From positions 1 through 64,000 of the IMG/VR virus record IMGVR_UViG_3300009285_005282: 64,000 bases of DNA. One strand, given 5' to 3'. This stretch comes from a virus. The notes beneath the pieces were generated by a model, which worked only from the letters and a program-made list of their open reading frames with translations, made no database searches and had not been told where the DNA came from. Numbering within the stretch: the first letter of the stretch is position 1; each line of letters starts with the position of its first letter. Shown one piece after another: positions 26,930 to 36,381 of the stretch. The position numbers and the translations under genes were made by a program.

Positions 26930-26982
26930 CCTCCAGTATTCTTATAGCGTTGCCCGCTGCGGGTTTGCCCGTAGTGCGGGTG

Positions 26983-27010
26983 TTGACCTTACCAGCTAGT
27001 ATGGTAAGGT
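26983..27010 (+). promoter_or_regulatory. Sigma70-like promoter overlapped by an inverted repeat
   Basis: TTGACC-N16-TAAGGT; ACCTTACCA (26986-26994) / TGGTAAGGT (27002-27010). Confidence 0.55.
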
Positions 27011-27014
27011 ACGG

Positions 27015-27368
27015 GTGATGTCTACCGATCCTGTAGTGGCTGCCGCAAAGCAGCTTCAGCACGCTCGAACGAGGTTAGCTGGCGCACGGCGAGAGCTGGC
27101 GGCGGCACGGCAGCAGTACGCCGACGCGCAGAAACTGGTGCAGCAGCTCGCTCGGGGCGACGCTGCCGACGTGCGCACCCAACCGCACGTACTTCAAACG
27201 GTGCAGTTGGTACAACGCGGTATGACCTGCTCCACGCAGCTGGCTGCGGCACTGGGCATCTCCCCTCGAAGTGCCGCAGTGCGTCTCCATCGTGCGTGGA
27301 AGGCGGGACTGGTGGAGCGCACACGGCGCGGGCAGTACGCTGTTTTGGATGTGGACATACCCCGCTAA
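27015..27368 (+). CDS. Coiled-coil + winged HTH DNA-binding protein
   Basis: STQLAAALGISPRSAAVRLHRAWKAGLVERTRRGQY. Confidence 0.75.
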   Translation: MMSTDPVVAAAKQLQHARTRLAGARRELAAARQQYADAQKLVQQLARGDAADVRTQPHVLQTVQLVQRGMTCSTQLAAALGISPRSAAVRLHRAWKAGLVERTRRGQYAVLDVDIPR

Positions 27369-27394
27369 GGAATTGCCGCAGGAGTTGCGGCTAG
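27358..27394 (-). repeat. Dispersed hairpin/TTAG element, copy 5
   Basis: Supplies both the TAA stop of the + gene (27366-27368) and the TAG stop of the - gene (27391-27393). Confidence 0.9.
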
Positions 27395-27801
27395 TGGAGG
27401 GAATCGAAGTCGAAGTCGATGGTGTCGATGGTGTCGGTGTAGCTACGTATAACTTCCGCGCGGACATCTTCGAGCGACATTTCCACGTGGGGCAGCGCCC
27501 CACGCTCATACGCTGTACGGAGGGTTTTCCGTGTCTCAACGTCCTGGAGGATGGCGTTTCTTGCACGTTTGGCGTACGTCGCCGCCGCCGCCACCATACG
27601 GAGTTGCGCCTCCAGAACTTGGACTCGCATCGGCTGCAGTTCCCGGTGTGCCACCAGCTGCAGCTCCAGGGGAAGCGGTCGCCAGGCTGGCGGAACCAGT
27701 TGCCATACCTTAGACCGGCAATACGCCTTTGACCTCTGGGCGAGTGTCATGAAGGCTTTGGTGGCCAAGAACTCCCAGAATGACACGTCGGTGTTTTTCA
27801 T
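27391..27801 (-). CDS. Hypothetical protein
   Basis: ORF between element copies 5 and 6; start uncertain. Confidence 0.65.
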   Translation of the reverse strand: MKNTDVSFWEFLATKAFMTLAQRSKAYCRSKVWQLVPPAWRPLPLELQLVAHRELQPMRVQVLEAQLRMVAAAATYAKRARNAILQDVETRKTLRTAYERGALPHVEMSLEDVRAEVIRSYTDTIDTIDFDFDSLH

Positions 27802-27860
27802 CAATAATCTTATGCCGGATAGCAGCCTCGATTTGCGCGTTTGTATCCCAATTTCGGGCA

Positions 27861-27897
27861 TACCCCGCTAAGGAATTGCCGCAAGGGGTAGCGCGGC
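27861..27897 (-). repeat. Dispersed hairpin/TTAG element, copy 6
   Basis: TACCCCGCTAAGGAATTGCCGC...GCGGC. Confidence 0.85.
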
Positions 27898-27898
27898 G

Positions 27899-28138
27899 TC
27901 AGGTGGGCTTCGGGCAGAGGATGGACTGCAGGTGGGTAGCTGCTACGACGTGGCGTAGCCCGTCGTCGTACTGAATGACCGCGGACCCCCCGTCCTCCAT
28001 CCACCACTTGACGTGGTGAACGGAGTCGTCCCACTCCCGAACCCACCCTTCGGTGGATGTCGGTGTGCGCTCCGCGTTGTAAGGGCACCCCCCGCAGTCA
28101 CTTGGGGTGCCGTCGCACCAGGTCGGGCTAGTACACAT
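27899..28138 (-). CDS. Small Cys-containing hypothetical protein
   Basis: TATAAG at 28156 and GGAGG; WC...DCGGCPY. Confidence 0.7.
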   Translation of the reverse strand: MCTSPTWCDGTPSDCGGCPYNAERTPTSTEGWVREWDDSVHHVKWWMEDGGSAVIQYDDGLRHVVAATHLQSILCPKPT

Positions 28139-28222
28139 ACTGAACCTCCATGGTTCTTATAGCTAGCTCTGGCCCCTACTGTTGCTCATCCGGTAGAATG
28201 ACTCCAGCTGGACGGAGCCGAG

Positions 28223-31200
28223 ATGACCGAGAAGATCGGGGTTGGCAAGCAGGTTGGTGGTTTCACGCAACAGAGAAGCGGACGCCGTCCTTATCGGGTG
28301 GAGACGCTGCTCGCCAAAGAGCCTCCTCGAAACCTGGACGTGTTGGACCGAGAGCGGAAACTGGCCAAACGGCTGACCGAGGACGCTGGGGGGGAGTTCT
28401 CCAAGAAGGCTGAGATCACAACCCCGCTGCAGCCGCACCAACAGCGTGTGGTGGATCGGTTGCGGGGCCAATCTGGATTAGTGGTAGCACATGGGTTGGG
28501 TTCAGGCAAAACTCTGGCCAGCATAGCCGCTGCCGACGAGCTCGCTCCTGGAAGGGCGGTTGCTCTAGTACCTGCTGCCTTGCAGGAGAACTACCGCAAG
28601 GAGATGGACAAGCATGTAAAGGGGGGACATCCGGCTGAAGTGCGTAGCCTGCAGAACGCCGTGGTCAAGCAGGACATCCCCAACGCCGACCTGCTGATTC
28701 TGGATGAGGCGCATCGACTACGTAACCCCGCCAGTGCCGGCTACCAGCAGGTCCGAGACGCCAAGACCGGCAAGCGTCTGCTCCTGACTGCCTCGCCGGT
28801 GTACAACCAGCCAGAGGACATTGCTCCGCTGGTCAACCTAGCTGCCGGGGGGCGGGTACTGCCGCTGGGCAGCGACTTTCGCCGTGCCTACGTACGCCAA
28901 CCGGGGGACTCGCTGCTTACGGTGCTCAACCCGTTCGCCAGCACCGAGCCCAAGATCGTCCATCGTGGGGATCTGCAACGCCGACTCCAGCCGTGGGTGG
29001 ACTACCACGCCGACACCGACGAAGGGTATCCGACGCTTCGTTCGGAGATGGTAGAGGTCCCGATGTCTGAACGGCAGACCGCGCTTCACGACGCAGCGTG
29101 GGGCCAGGTGCCGTTCATGACCAAGCTCCGGCTGCGCAAGTCCCTCCCGCCCAACAAGCAGGAGTTGGCCGAGCTCAACCGTTTTCAGTCGCAGGCCCGG
29201 CAGATCTCCAGCTCGGAGGGCAAGTTCTCGGTCGATGGTGTTGCACCACCCTCCCCCAAGATTGTGGAAGCGGTCAATCGGCTTTCCTCCAAGTTGGAGT
29301 CAAATCCTCGCCATCGAGGGCTGGTGTACGCCAACTTCTTGGGTACGCTCAACGATTACTCCGGCGAGCTGCAGCGGCGCGGCATCCCTTACGGCGAGTT
29401 CCGGGGGGACATGCCCAAAAAGCTGCGGGACCAGGCGGTACGGGACTACAACGAGGGCAAGGTCCGCGCCCTGCTGGTCTCTGGCGCCGGTGGGGAGGGG
29501 CTGGATCTCAAAGGCACGCGGCAGGTCCAAGTGCTGGAGCCACACTGGAACGAGGAGAAGCTCAAACAGGTCATCGGTCGTGCTCGACGCTATCAGTCGC
29601 ACGCTGCCCTTCCTCCCGAGGAGCAGAACGTCGCGGTCGAGAACTACGCTGCTATGCCCCGCCGCGGACTGTTCGGCAAGATATTCAAAGGCCGTGCTGG
29701 CGTTGAGACGATGCTGTACAACGTCTCGGCGCAGAAGCAGCGGCTGAACGACCAGGTGTTGGCGCTGCTCCAAAAACAGAGTGCGGATGAGCGGTCGGCC
29801 TTTCTCCGTTCGCTTCGTCCTGGAGACGTGCTGCTCAGTGAGTTTCCCTCCAAAGAGACCCAGGAGGCTGCGGCACGGTACGTGCCCGGGGGTGTTCGGA
29901 CGGTGCTCCCAATGTTCGCGGGGTCCCCCGTGCACGCCGCCCTAGTGGTCGGGGGTGGGAAAGTCATTCATAGCACGGCCGCTGGGGTAAGCAGGGTTCC
30001 AGCCAACACGCTTGACGGAGAGCTGACTGTGATTCGTCCTAACGTGGCAACAACGCTTCGTCGCTTGGCGGTACGACGTGCCGTTGCCGCAGTCGGCACA
30101 CCGTACTCTGGCAGGAACGCCTTTCTGGGGTGGGTGAACCGTGGCGTGCCCGTGCCCGCGCAGTTGGTGACTCGGGACGCCGTCACCTGTTCGGGATTGG
30201 TAGCTGACGCTTACCGGGAGGCGTTGCCGAAGGGCACGACCACCGAGCTGGTCCTTCCATCACAGTTACTGAACGTGTTGCCGGGGGAGGTATCGAAGAC
30301 AGCGGCGGGGGGTCCCGGTGGCCGTCTGGCGGGACACGTCCGTGCCGGCCTTGACGCCGCGGCGCGCGGTGCAGAGTTCCTGGAGGCCGTGGAGCCCCAA
30401 AGTGAAGAACGGGTGAACGAAGAAGCCGACCGCGCGGTCGTGCGGCAACTCTACGCTGCTGCCGCTCCGTACGGTGTCAAGTTGCCTCGCTACCTGTACC
30501 ATGGAGCGCCGGAGGGACATGACGAGTTGGTGAACCGGGGTATCGGAATCCATTTGACCCCGATGCCCGCCCTGGCGTCTGCGTTTGTCATCCCCCGTGA
30601 GGATGTCGCACGGGGACGGAGCGGGAAAATACGTAATGCACAGCAGATCTGGTCGTTGCCCGCGCGGGAACTACGTAAGCCGCATTCTCACCATGTTATC
30701 TCCGTACTCCCCGGGCGGGGCGTTTCGCCGATTGTCCCGGGGGAGGCAGGCGCCGCGTCGGGGTATGTTCATAAGGTTGACACAAAAGGGTTGGAGGGGC
30801 AGTTCCACGTACACCCCGGAGAGCCCCGAGAGGTGGTGTTCGCGGGGCGTAGTTTACCCGTGAAGTCAAAGGTTCCTGTCAAGGTTACTTGGGAGACCGT
30901 ACAGGACCCAAGCATACGCGGCGGACCAGGGCGGAACACGTTTGCTAAATCACTGCTCAAGCAGTCCACGGAGCTACGCCCCCGCGCTGGCGAGCTGGCT
31001 CCAGGTATCCCGAAGGGGCGGGTGATCCGACCCATCCCCGGCGTTCCCGAGGAGGGACCGAATCCGGAGTGGATCGTGAGTCTGAGTAAGCACCCCGCGG
31101 CTATTCGTGGGGATCATCAGGACTTGCGGCTGGTCGATACCGGAGGGGCAGCGCACTCTTGGGCGCTTCCACTGCGGATGCCCGAGCCCGGGGAGAGCGC

Positions 31201-32608
31201 CTACGCTGCGCAGCAGGCCACGCACGGCCGGCGGTACGCTACACGCACCAAACCGTTCACCATCCCGCTCGGGGTCTACGGCGGTACGCGTCCTGGCGCA
31301 CAGGTGGAGCCGGTTTACGTGCAACCTGCGGAGGTGGTGAGCGCGTCGGACAGCCGGGTGCATTTTCTTCGGCATCATGGGCAGGAGACTGATGAGTTCG
31401 TGTTGCGTCGGCTGGGGCAGAGTGGAAAGACCCCGATGTGGGCGTTGCACAACGTAACCGCACGGAGAACACCGGACCTACCGGAGAGCAAGCCCGTGTA
31501 CCGCTCCCTTGCACCGGGGCAGGTGGACCCGGCGAACACCGACCAGGTCATGACCCCCAAGCTCGACGGCGCCCACGTCCTCGTCTCTTTTCCCAAGACT
31601 GGGAAGCCAATGCGGGTGTTCTCCTACCGCCCGACGGAGAGGAGGACCGGGCTGATCGAGCACACCTTCAAGTTCCCGGACTTCCAGAACGTGCGCACTC
31701 CCAAGGGGCTGGCGGGGACGGTACTCCGTGCGGAGACGTGGGCCACCGGTCCAGACGGACGTGCGCTTCCCGCGCCCGAGGTGGGCAGGTTGCTCAACTC
31801 CAGCGTTCCTCGCTCTCGTGTTCTGCAGGCGCAGGGGGCGCAGCTACGGCTGACCGGCATCGACGTCGTGAAGCACCGGGGACGGGACTACGGCGACGCC
31901 AGCTTTGCGGAGAAGCTGGAGGCGATCCGCGCGGTTGAGGGTGCGACTGGTGGGCGGGTGGGTGCCCCGGAGCTCGCCACGACGCCTGAGGAGAAGCAGG
32001 CGCTGTTGGAGGCAATCCGTAGCGGGGCGCATCCGCACACCCGAGAAGGCGTGGTGCTGCAGGAGATCGCGCGTCTGGCGCCACCAACCAAGGTCAAGTT
32101 TCGTGAGGACCAGGATGTCTACGTGCGGGGGATCTACAGCAAGCCTCGAACTCAGGAACTGGGGCAGGCTGCGGGGTTCACCTACTCTTTGGAGCCTGAC
32201 GGCCCTGTTGTCGGGCGGGTGGGTACGGGGCTGTCCCAGCAGCTGCGTGCGGAGCTGGCGCAGAACCCGGAGCGGTTCGTGGGGCGGGTTGCGAAGGTGG
32301 AGTCTGCGGGGAGGCACATGTCAAGCGCCGGAAAGGCTGGCGCGCTGACCGGCTCTCCGGCGTTCAAGGAGTGGCACATCGACAAGACACCCCCCGAGTT
32401 GTTGAAGAGCGGTCAGGAGGACGCGGACGCGCTGGGGTTGATCAACGCTGTCGGTGTTGGTCGGGCCGGGGTGGGGTTGACACCAGAGGAGCTGACGCAG
32501 ATCCGCAGCCTACTGAAAAGCTACGCTCCGCGAGCGGCACGGATGAATGTGTCCTCTGGCAAGCTCTTTGGTATAGTACAGCGTCAGGTGCCCGGAGGTG
32601 GCCAATGA
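28223..32608 (+). CDS. Multi-enzyme protein: SNF2-like helicase + permuted papain-like (YiiX/NlpC-P60) amidase + ADP-ribosyltransferase-like + LigD 3'-phosphoesterase + ATP-dependent DNA ligase
   Basis: HGLGSGKT, LILDEAH, LTASP, GGEGLDL, QVIGRARR; LRPGDVLL..HAAL..GTPY..TCSGLVADAY; YLYHG..IHLT..REVV; HPAAIRGDHQDLRL..SWALP; PKLDG..EGVVL..KVK..VGRVGTGLS. Confidence 0.88.
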   Translation: MTEKIGVGKQVGGFTQQRSGRRPYRVETLLAKEPPRNLDVLDRERKLAKRLTEDAGGEFSKKAEITTPLQPHQQRVVDRLRGQSGLVVAHGLGSGKTLASIAAADELAPGRAVALVPAALQENYRKEMDKHVKGGHPAEVRSLQNAVVKQDIPNADLLILDEAHRLRNPASAGYQQVRDAKTGKRLLLTASPVYNQPEDIAPLVNLAAGGRVLPLGSDFRRAYVRQPGDSLLTVLNPFASTEPKIVHRGDLQRRLQPWVDYHADTDEGYPTLRSEMVEVPMSERQTALHDAAWGQVPFMTKLRLRKSLPPNKQELAELNRFQSQARQISSSEGKFSVDGVAPPSPKIVEAVNRLSSKLESNPRHRGLVYANFLGTLNDYSGELQRRGIPYGEFRGDMPKKLRDQAVRDYNEGKVRALLVSGAGGEGLDLKGTRQVQVLEPHWNEEKLKQVIGRARRYQSHAALPPEEQNVAVENYAAMPRRGLFGKIFKGRAGVETMLYNVSAQKQRLNDQVLALLQKQSADERSAFLRSLRPGDVLLSEFPSKETQEAAARYVPGGVRTVLPMFAGSPVHAALVVGGGKVIHSTAAGVSRVPANTLDGELTVIRPNVATTLRRLAVRRAVAAVGTPYSGRNAFLGWVNRGVPVPAQLVTRDAVTCSGLVADAYREALPKGTTTELVLPSQLLNVLPGEVSKTAAGGPGGRLAGHVRAGLDAAARGAEFLEAVEPQSEERVNEEADRAVVRQLYAAAAPYGVKLPRYLYHGAPEGHDELVNRGIGIHLTPMPALASAFVIPREDVARGRSGKIRNAQQIWSLPARELRKPHSHHVISVLPGRGVSPIVPGEAGAASGYVHKVDTKGLEGQFHVHPGEPREVVFAGRSLPVKSKVPVKVTWETVQDPSIRGGPGRNTFAKSLLKQSTELRPRAGELAPGIPKGRVIRPIPGVPEEGPNPEWIVSLSKHPAAIRGDHQDLRLVDTGGAAHSWALPLRMPEPGESAYAAQQATHGRRYATRTKPFTIPLGVYGGTRPGAQVEPVYVQPAEVVSASDSRVHFLRHHGQETDEFVLRRLGQSGKTPMWALHNVTARRTPDLPESKPVYRSLAPGQVDPANTDQVMTPKLDGAHVLVSFPKTGKPMRVFSYRPTERRTGLIEHTFKFPDFQNVRTPKGLAGTVLRAETWATGPDGRALPAPEVGRLLNSSVPRSRVLQAQGAQLRLTGIDVVKHRGRDYGDASFAEKLEAIRAVEGATGGRVGAPELATTPEEKQALLEAIRSGAHPHTREGVVLQEIARLAPPTKVKFREDQDVYVRGIYSKPRTQELGQAAGFTYSLEPDGPVVGRVGTGLSQQLRAELAQNPERFVGRVAKVESAGRHMSSAGKAGALTGSPAFKEWHIDKTPPELLKSGQEDADALGLINAVGVGRAGVGLTPEELTQIRSLLKSYAPRAARMNVSSGKLFGIVQRQVPGGGQ

Positions 32609-33375
32609 ACAATATGGTGCTTCACGCGTTTCGGTCCGAATTGGGGAAGATCGCGGCCTCCAAGGTCCGAAAGATGCTACGAGCTGGTGAGCTGGGGACG
32701 GAGGAGCTGGCGCGGCTCTGGTATGAAGATGTGCCGCGTGACAGCTACCAGTCCGGTATGTGGCTGAGTCGCCGCAGAGTGCCCCGTCCGCTTCCGGTGG
32801 CGGAGCAACAGACCGCGTTAGGTTTTACCGGGGAGGGTCCGCTAGGTCGCGCCAGGCAGGTGGGGGCTATTCTGAATCCGGGTTCTGTCCGCTTAGACCG
32901 GGCACTGAGCCCGAAGGACACCCGCGCTCACGACCTAGAATTGAGGGATAAGGGGTGGGCGTACCTCAAGAATCACGGAGCACCCTTTAGCTTGCCCGAC
33001 AAGTTCGTACCGACACGTTCCGACCCGGTGCACGAGGCCAACCTGTGGCGTCAGGCGGCACACGAGCTAAAGTGGGACGCACGACGTGCAGCGGAGGCGG
33101 TGCATCAGCCGAAACCCCTCAAGGTGGGGCCGGTGTGGGAGCCGAAGAACGATCCTGAGTTCTTGCAGCGACAGGCGGCGGACAGGGCAGCTCGAATCGC
33201 GCACGTTCGGGAGGAGCTTCATACTCAAGCGGCTGTTCCCCCGAAGGGACTGAGCACTGCCGCCAAGGTTGGTATCGGCGCGGCTATTGGCGTGCCGGTC
33301 GTAGGTGGTGGGTCCCTCCTTGCGTACAAGTTGCACAAGGCGCGGCAGGCGCGAAAGGCTGAAGCAGCGCAGTGA
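32605..33375 (+). CDS. Hypothetical protein with N-terminal AFRSELGKIAA motif and C-terminal hydrophobic helix
   Basis: GGAGG RBS; ATGA overlap; KVGIGAAIGVPVVGGGSLLAYK. Confidence 0.8.
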   Translation: MNNMVLHAFRSELGKIAASKVRKMLRAGELGTEELARLWYEDVPRDSYQSGMWLSRRRVPRPLPVAEQQTALGFTGEGPLGRARQVGAILNPGSVRLDRALSPKDTRAHDLELRDKGWAYLKNHGAPFSLPDKFVPTRSDPVHEANLWRQAAHELKWDARRAAEAVHQPKPLKVGPVWEPKNDPEFLQRQAADRAARIAHVREELHTQAAVPPKGLSTAAKVGIGAAIGVPVVGGGSLLAYKLHKARQARKAEAAQ

Positions 33376-34130
33376 ACCCCGTCGAGACATTCCTGGACGC
33401 TGACGCTGCCGAGCTAGAGAAGTTGGCGACAGAGCGTTCTCAACGTGAGTTGGAGCTGTGGCATCGGTGGGACCAGGGCGGCCGTAAAGCGGAGGAGCTG
33501 GAACCGCTCATGCAGAGTCTGGCGCCGCTTATCCATCAACGTTCCAACATCTACGCCGGCAAGGTGAACATTCCGCCTCCAGCGGTTCACGCGGAATTCC
33601 AGATTCAGGCCATCAACGCCATCCGTAGTTTTGACCCCAACCGCGGGGTGCAGCTGAACACGCACGTCACCACGCAGATGCGTCGGGGACAGCGGTTCAT
33701 CACGACCTATCAAAACATCGGTCGGATTGCCGAGCCGCGCATCTACCGCATCACCGAATTCAATGCTGCCAAAGCGACGTTGGGGGACACCCTGCAGCGT
33801 GAGCCGTCTGCGCATGAGCTGGCAGACCACATGAAGTGGTCCGTGAGCCAGGTCTCCGCAATGGAGAGCGAGCTACGCCGGGAGGTTCCCTCCTCAATGC
33901 TCCAGGCCGGTACGGAAGAGCTCCGTCCTTCCAAGGAGGGGGAGCTGCTACGGCTGCTTCAGTACGATCTCTCCCCCCAGGAGAAGACCGTGTACGAGTA
34001 CCTGCTCGGTGAGAACGGCAAGCCCCAGCTCCCACCGGGGCAAATTGCGCAGCGGATGGGGCTCTCCCCATCCAAGGTGTCCCGGATCAAGGCGGACATC
34101 GCCGCTAAAGCGTCGAGGTACACACGATGA
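33372..34130 (+). CDS. Phage sigma70-family RNA polymerase sigma factor
   Basis: Region 2 AIRSFDPNRGVQLNTH, region 3 LQREPSAHELA, region 4 LSPQEKTV...IAQRMGLSPSKVSRIK. Confidence 0.88.
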   Translation: MNPVETFLDADAAELEKLATERSQRELELWHRWDQGGRKAEELEPLMQSLAPLIHQRSNIYAGKVNIPPPAVHAEFQIQAINAIRSFDPNRGVQLNTHVTTQMRRGQRFITTYQNIGRIAEPRIYRITEFNAAKATLGDTLQREPSAHELADHMKWSVSQVSAMESELRREVPSSMLQAGTEELRPSKEGELLRLLQYDLSPQEKTVYEYLLGENGKPQLPPGQIAQRMGLSPSKVSRIKADIAAKASRYTR

Positions 34131-34336
34131 CCAGAGACGAGCTGCTGGACGCGCTGGAGACAGCGGTGACAGAGTGGTCCGACCGGCGAACCCAGGAGCT
34201 GCAGGACGAAGTGGCGTTTCTCCGGTCGGTGTTCGACGGACGTACTGATGGTGGCCGACTGGCGGACTATGTTACACAGCGAGCGTCGGCGTTGGTGGTC
34301 GACTCCATCAACGACCTGCTGACAGGTGCGCAATGA
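34127..34336 (+). CDS. Hypothetical protein
   Basis: ATGA overlaps at both ends. Confidence 0.75.
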   Translation: MTRDELLDALETAVTEWSDRRTQELQDEVAFLRSVFDGRTDGGRLADYVTQRASALVVDSINDLLTGAQ

Positions 34337-34746
34337 CCCGTTACGACATCATGCTGAAGTTGGCGGAGGAGCAGGGGCTGCTAGGTTCTATCAGGCAGCT
34401 GGGCAGGGTGGATCGTTCAGACCTGAAGATGCTGAAGCATGAGGTCGGAAAGGTCGCGCCGGCTACCCAGGCCGAGGAGAAAGCCTACGAGCTGGCGGGG
34501 CGTCCGTGGACCAAGGGTCAGTACGTCCGTGCCGGTCTACAGGCTCTTGGGGCCGGGGCTACGGCACATGGGGTGGGCACGTTGATCGAGGGCGGGGACA
34601 AGGAACTCGGCAAGACCGTGTGGAGCGAGCTCAAGAAGCCGCGAAAGCTGGCACGCTCTATGGTGATGGGGGCAATCTTCGCCGCCGGTTTGCCGGCCGC
34701 ACGGCGGATTATGGATATTGAGGCGGCCAAGCGCGGAAAGTTTTAG
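34333..34746 (+). CDS. Hypothetical protein with N-terminal MLKLA motif and Gly/Ala hydrophobic segments
   Basis: ATGA overlap; operon context. Confidence 0.75.
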   Translation: MTRYDIMLKLAEEQGLLGSIRQLGRVDRSDLKMLKHEVGKVAPATQAEEKAYELAGRPWTKGQYVRAGLQALGAGATAHGVGTLIEGGDKELGKTVWSELKKPRKLARSMVMGAIFAAGLPAARRIMDIEAAKRGKF

Positions 34747-34757
34747 TGGAGGTAGCG

Positions 34758-35444
34758 ATGTCCCAAGCCCCCAATCGCTCTCAGATCGAACTGTTAGCCG
34801 GAGTGCAAAGAATTGAGGGGGATCTGGCGGAGTTGAAGCCTTTGGTGCGGAGTACCCACACCGAGGTCAAGGTGCTAGCAAACAGCCTCTCTTCGTTGGA
34901 ACGACGGGTGGACAGTCTGGAGCGGAGCCCCCACGGGTGCACCCAGGTGACCACCGTGCAGTCATTGGACCAGCGAGTCTACGACGTTGAAGGGCGGCTG
35001 GAGCAGGTAGACAAGAGCGACGCGGTTGGCAAGACGCTTGCTTCGGGGGTTGACCATCGAGTCAGCGTGCTGGAGGCGCAAAAGGACGAGGAGGACACCT
35101 CCGAACTAAACTTTCGCCGCAGCTCCTGGCTGGCCATGTTTGGCATTGCCTTGACCATCATTGGAATGGCCGGCACCGCGATCTGGTATCTGAGTGGCCA
35201 GGACGCGGCGGCGCGCCAAACAGCGGAGCGAACCCAGGAGAACTCCAACCGAATCACCGCGCTGGAGCGGGCAATCACAGCGAACAACGAAGAGGTTCTC
35301 CGCAGGCTCGATACGTTACGTGGCGAGCTCCGGGGGCGCCCCGTTGTTAATACCAGCCCCTCCTTCGACGAATGGTACGCGGGCCTGACCACGCGGGAGC
35401 GCGCGCAGGTTCGGAAGCTGCAGCCGGCGCTCAGGAGTGATTGA
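34758..35444 (+). CDS. Coiled-coil membrane protein (holin-like)
   Basis: Heptad repeats and one TM segment WLAMFGIALTIIGMAGTAIWYL; GGAGG RBS. Confidence 0.55.
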   Translation: MSQAPNRSQIELLAGVQRIEGDLAELKPLVRSTHTEVKVLANSLSSLERRVDSLERSPHGCTQVTTVQSLDQRVYDVEGRLEQVDKSDAVGKTLASGVDHRVSVLEAQKDEEDTSELNFRRSSWLAMFGIALTIIGMAGTAIWYLSGQDAAARQTAERTQENSNRITALERAITANNEEVLRRLDTLRGELRGRPVVNTSPSFDEWYAGLTTRERAQVRKLQPALRSD

Positions 35445-36381
35445 CATGCCCCATCGGCTCCACCTTACGGTTCCCGACCCCACTCCGTTGTTGGGGACGT
35501 TCAACAGCCTGCAGATCTGGCGTTCTGTCGACGGCGAAGAGGGGGAGTACACCCCGCTCAGCGCGGCCACGGTGCAGCCGGCGACCTTGACCGGGACGGA
35601 GGATGGGCCGTTTGACGTGGATGGTCTGACGTTTGAGCTCGCGGTGGACGGCAACACCCAGCTGGCAGAGCTGGACTCCCCCGACGGTTCGGTAGCGTCG
35701 GTTGTGGCCGCGGAGCTCGACACGCTGTTCATCGGGGCTTCGGTGAGCGTGTCCGGGGGGGTGCTGCGGATTGCCAGCGACAGCACTGGTTCCGCGTCTC
35801 GACTGACAGTTGGTGGGGGCACGGCTGTTACCGCGTTAGGGTTTGTCGAGAGCGACGACGCCTACGGTATGGAGCTGAACCTGCCGTTGGTGGGTGGAAC
35901 AACCGCCTACACCTTTGTGGACCTGAGTGGTGACCCAGCATACTACTACCGCTACCGTTACTTTCACAGCGGTACCGGCGCCGTCTCGGCGTTCAGCGCC
36001 CCGCTCCAGGCAGTTGCCGACCGCTTGTTGGATAGCTCAGATCTCATTCTGGCGACCCTGGACCTGTCCGATCTGGACGGTAACGCGCTGGCGGACGCGG
36101 ACGTGGCGATCTACCTACGGTATGTGCCCCCCCTGTTAGTGGGTAGCGTAGCCGTGCTCGGCAAGGAGCTCCTGTGGACGACGGACGAGGACGGGCATAT
36201 TGAGGAGTACCTACCTCGTGGGGCGGTGGTGGATGTGGCCATTCTGGGCACGAACATCGTGAGGCAGGTCACTGTACCCTCGACAGGCACGTCGTTCTCG
36301 CTCTTCGACGAGGTAGCCGCGGCTGACGACGTGTTCCAGATCCAGGTGCTGGACATCCCGGAGGCGGTGCGGCGGTCATGA
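35437..36381 (+). CDS. Virion structural protein (beta-rich, acidic)
   Basis: Operon context; ATLTGT..GPF...LRIASDSTGSASRL sheath/neck-like segment. Confidence 0.6.
   Translation: MIDMPHRLHLTVPDPTPLLGTFNSLQIWRSVDGEEGEYTPLSAATVQPATLTGTEDGPFDVDGLTFELAVDGNTQLAELDSPDGSVASVVAAELDTLFIGASVSVSGGVLRIASDSTGSASRLTVGGGTAVTALGFVESDDAYGMELNLPLVGGTTAYTFVDLSGDPAYYYRYRYFHSGTGAVSAFSAPLQAVADRLLDSSDLILATLDLSDLDGNALADADVAIYLRYVPPLLVGSVAVLGKELLWTTDEDGHIEEYLPRGAVVDVAILGTNIVRQVTVPSTGTSFSLFDEVAAADDVFQIQVLDIPEAVRRS

Noticed and set aside
10254-27897. The ~30-bp palindromic repeat as a CRISPR array
   Set aside because: Copies are 0.5-8 kb apart and separated by whole genes; there is no cas operon.
6550-27897. The element as a canonical integron attC site
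   Set aside because: It lacks RYYYAAC/GTTRRRY boxes, and no tyrosine recombinase is present in the window.
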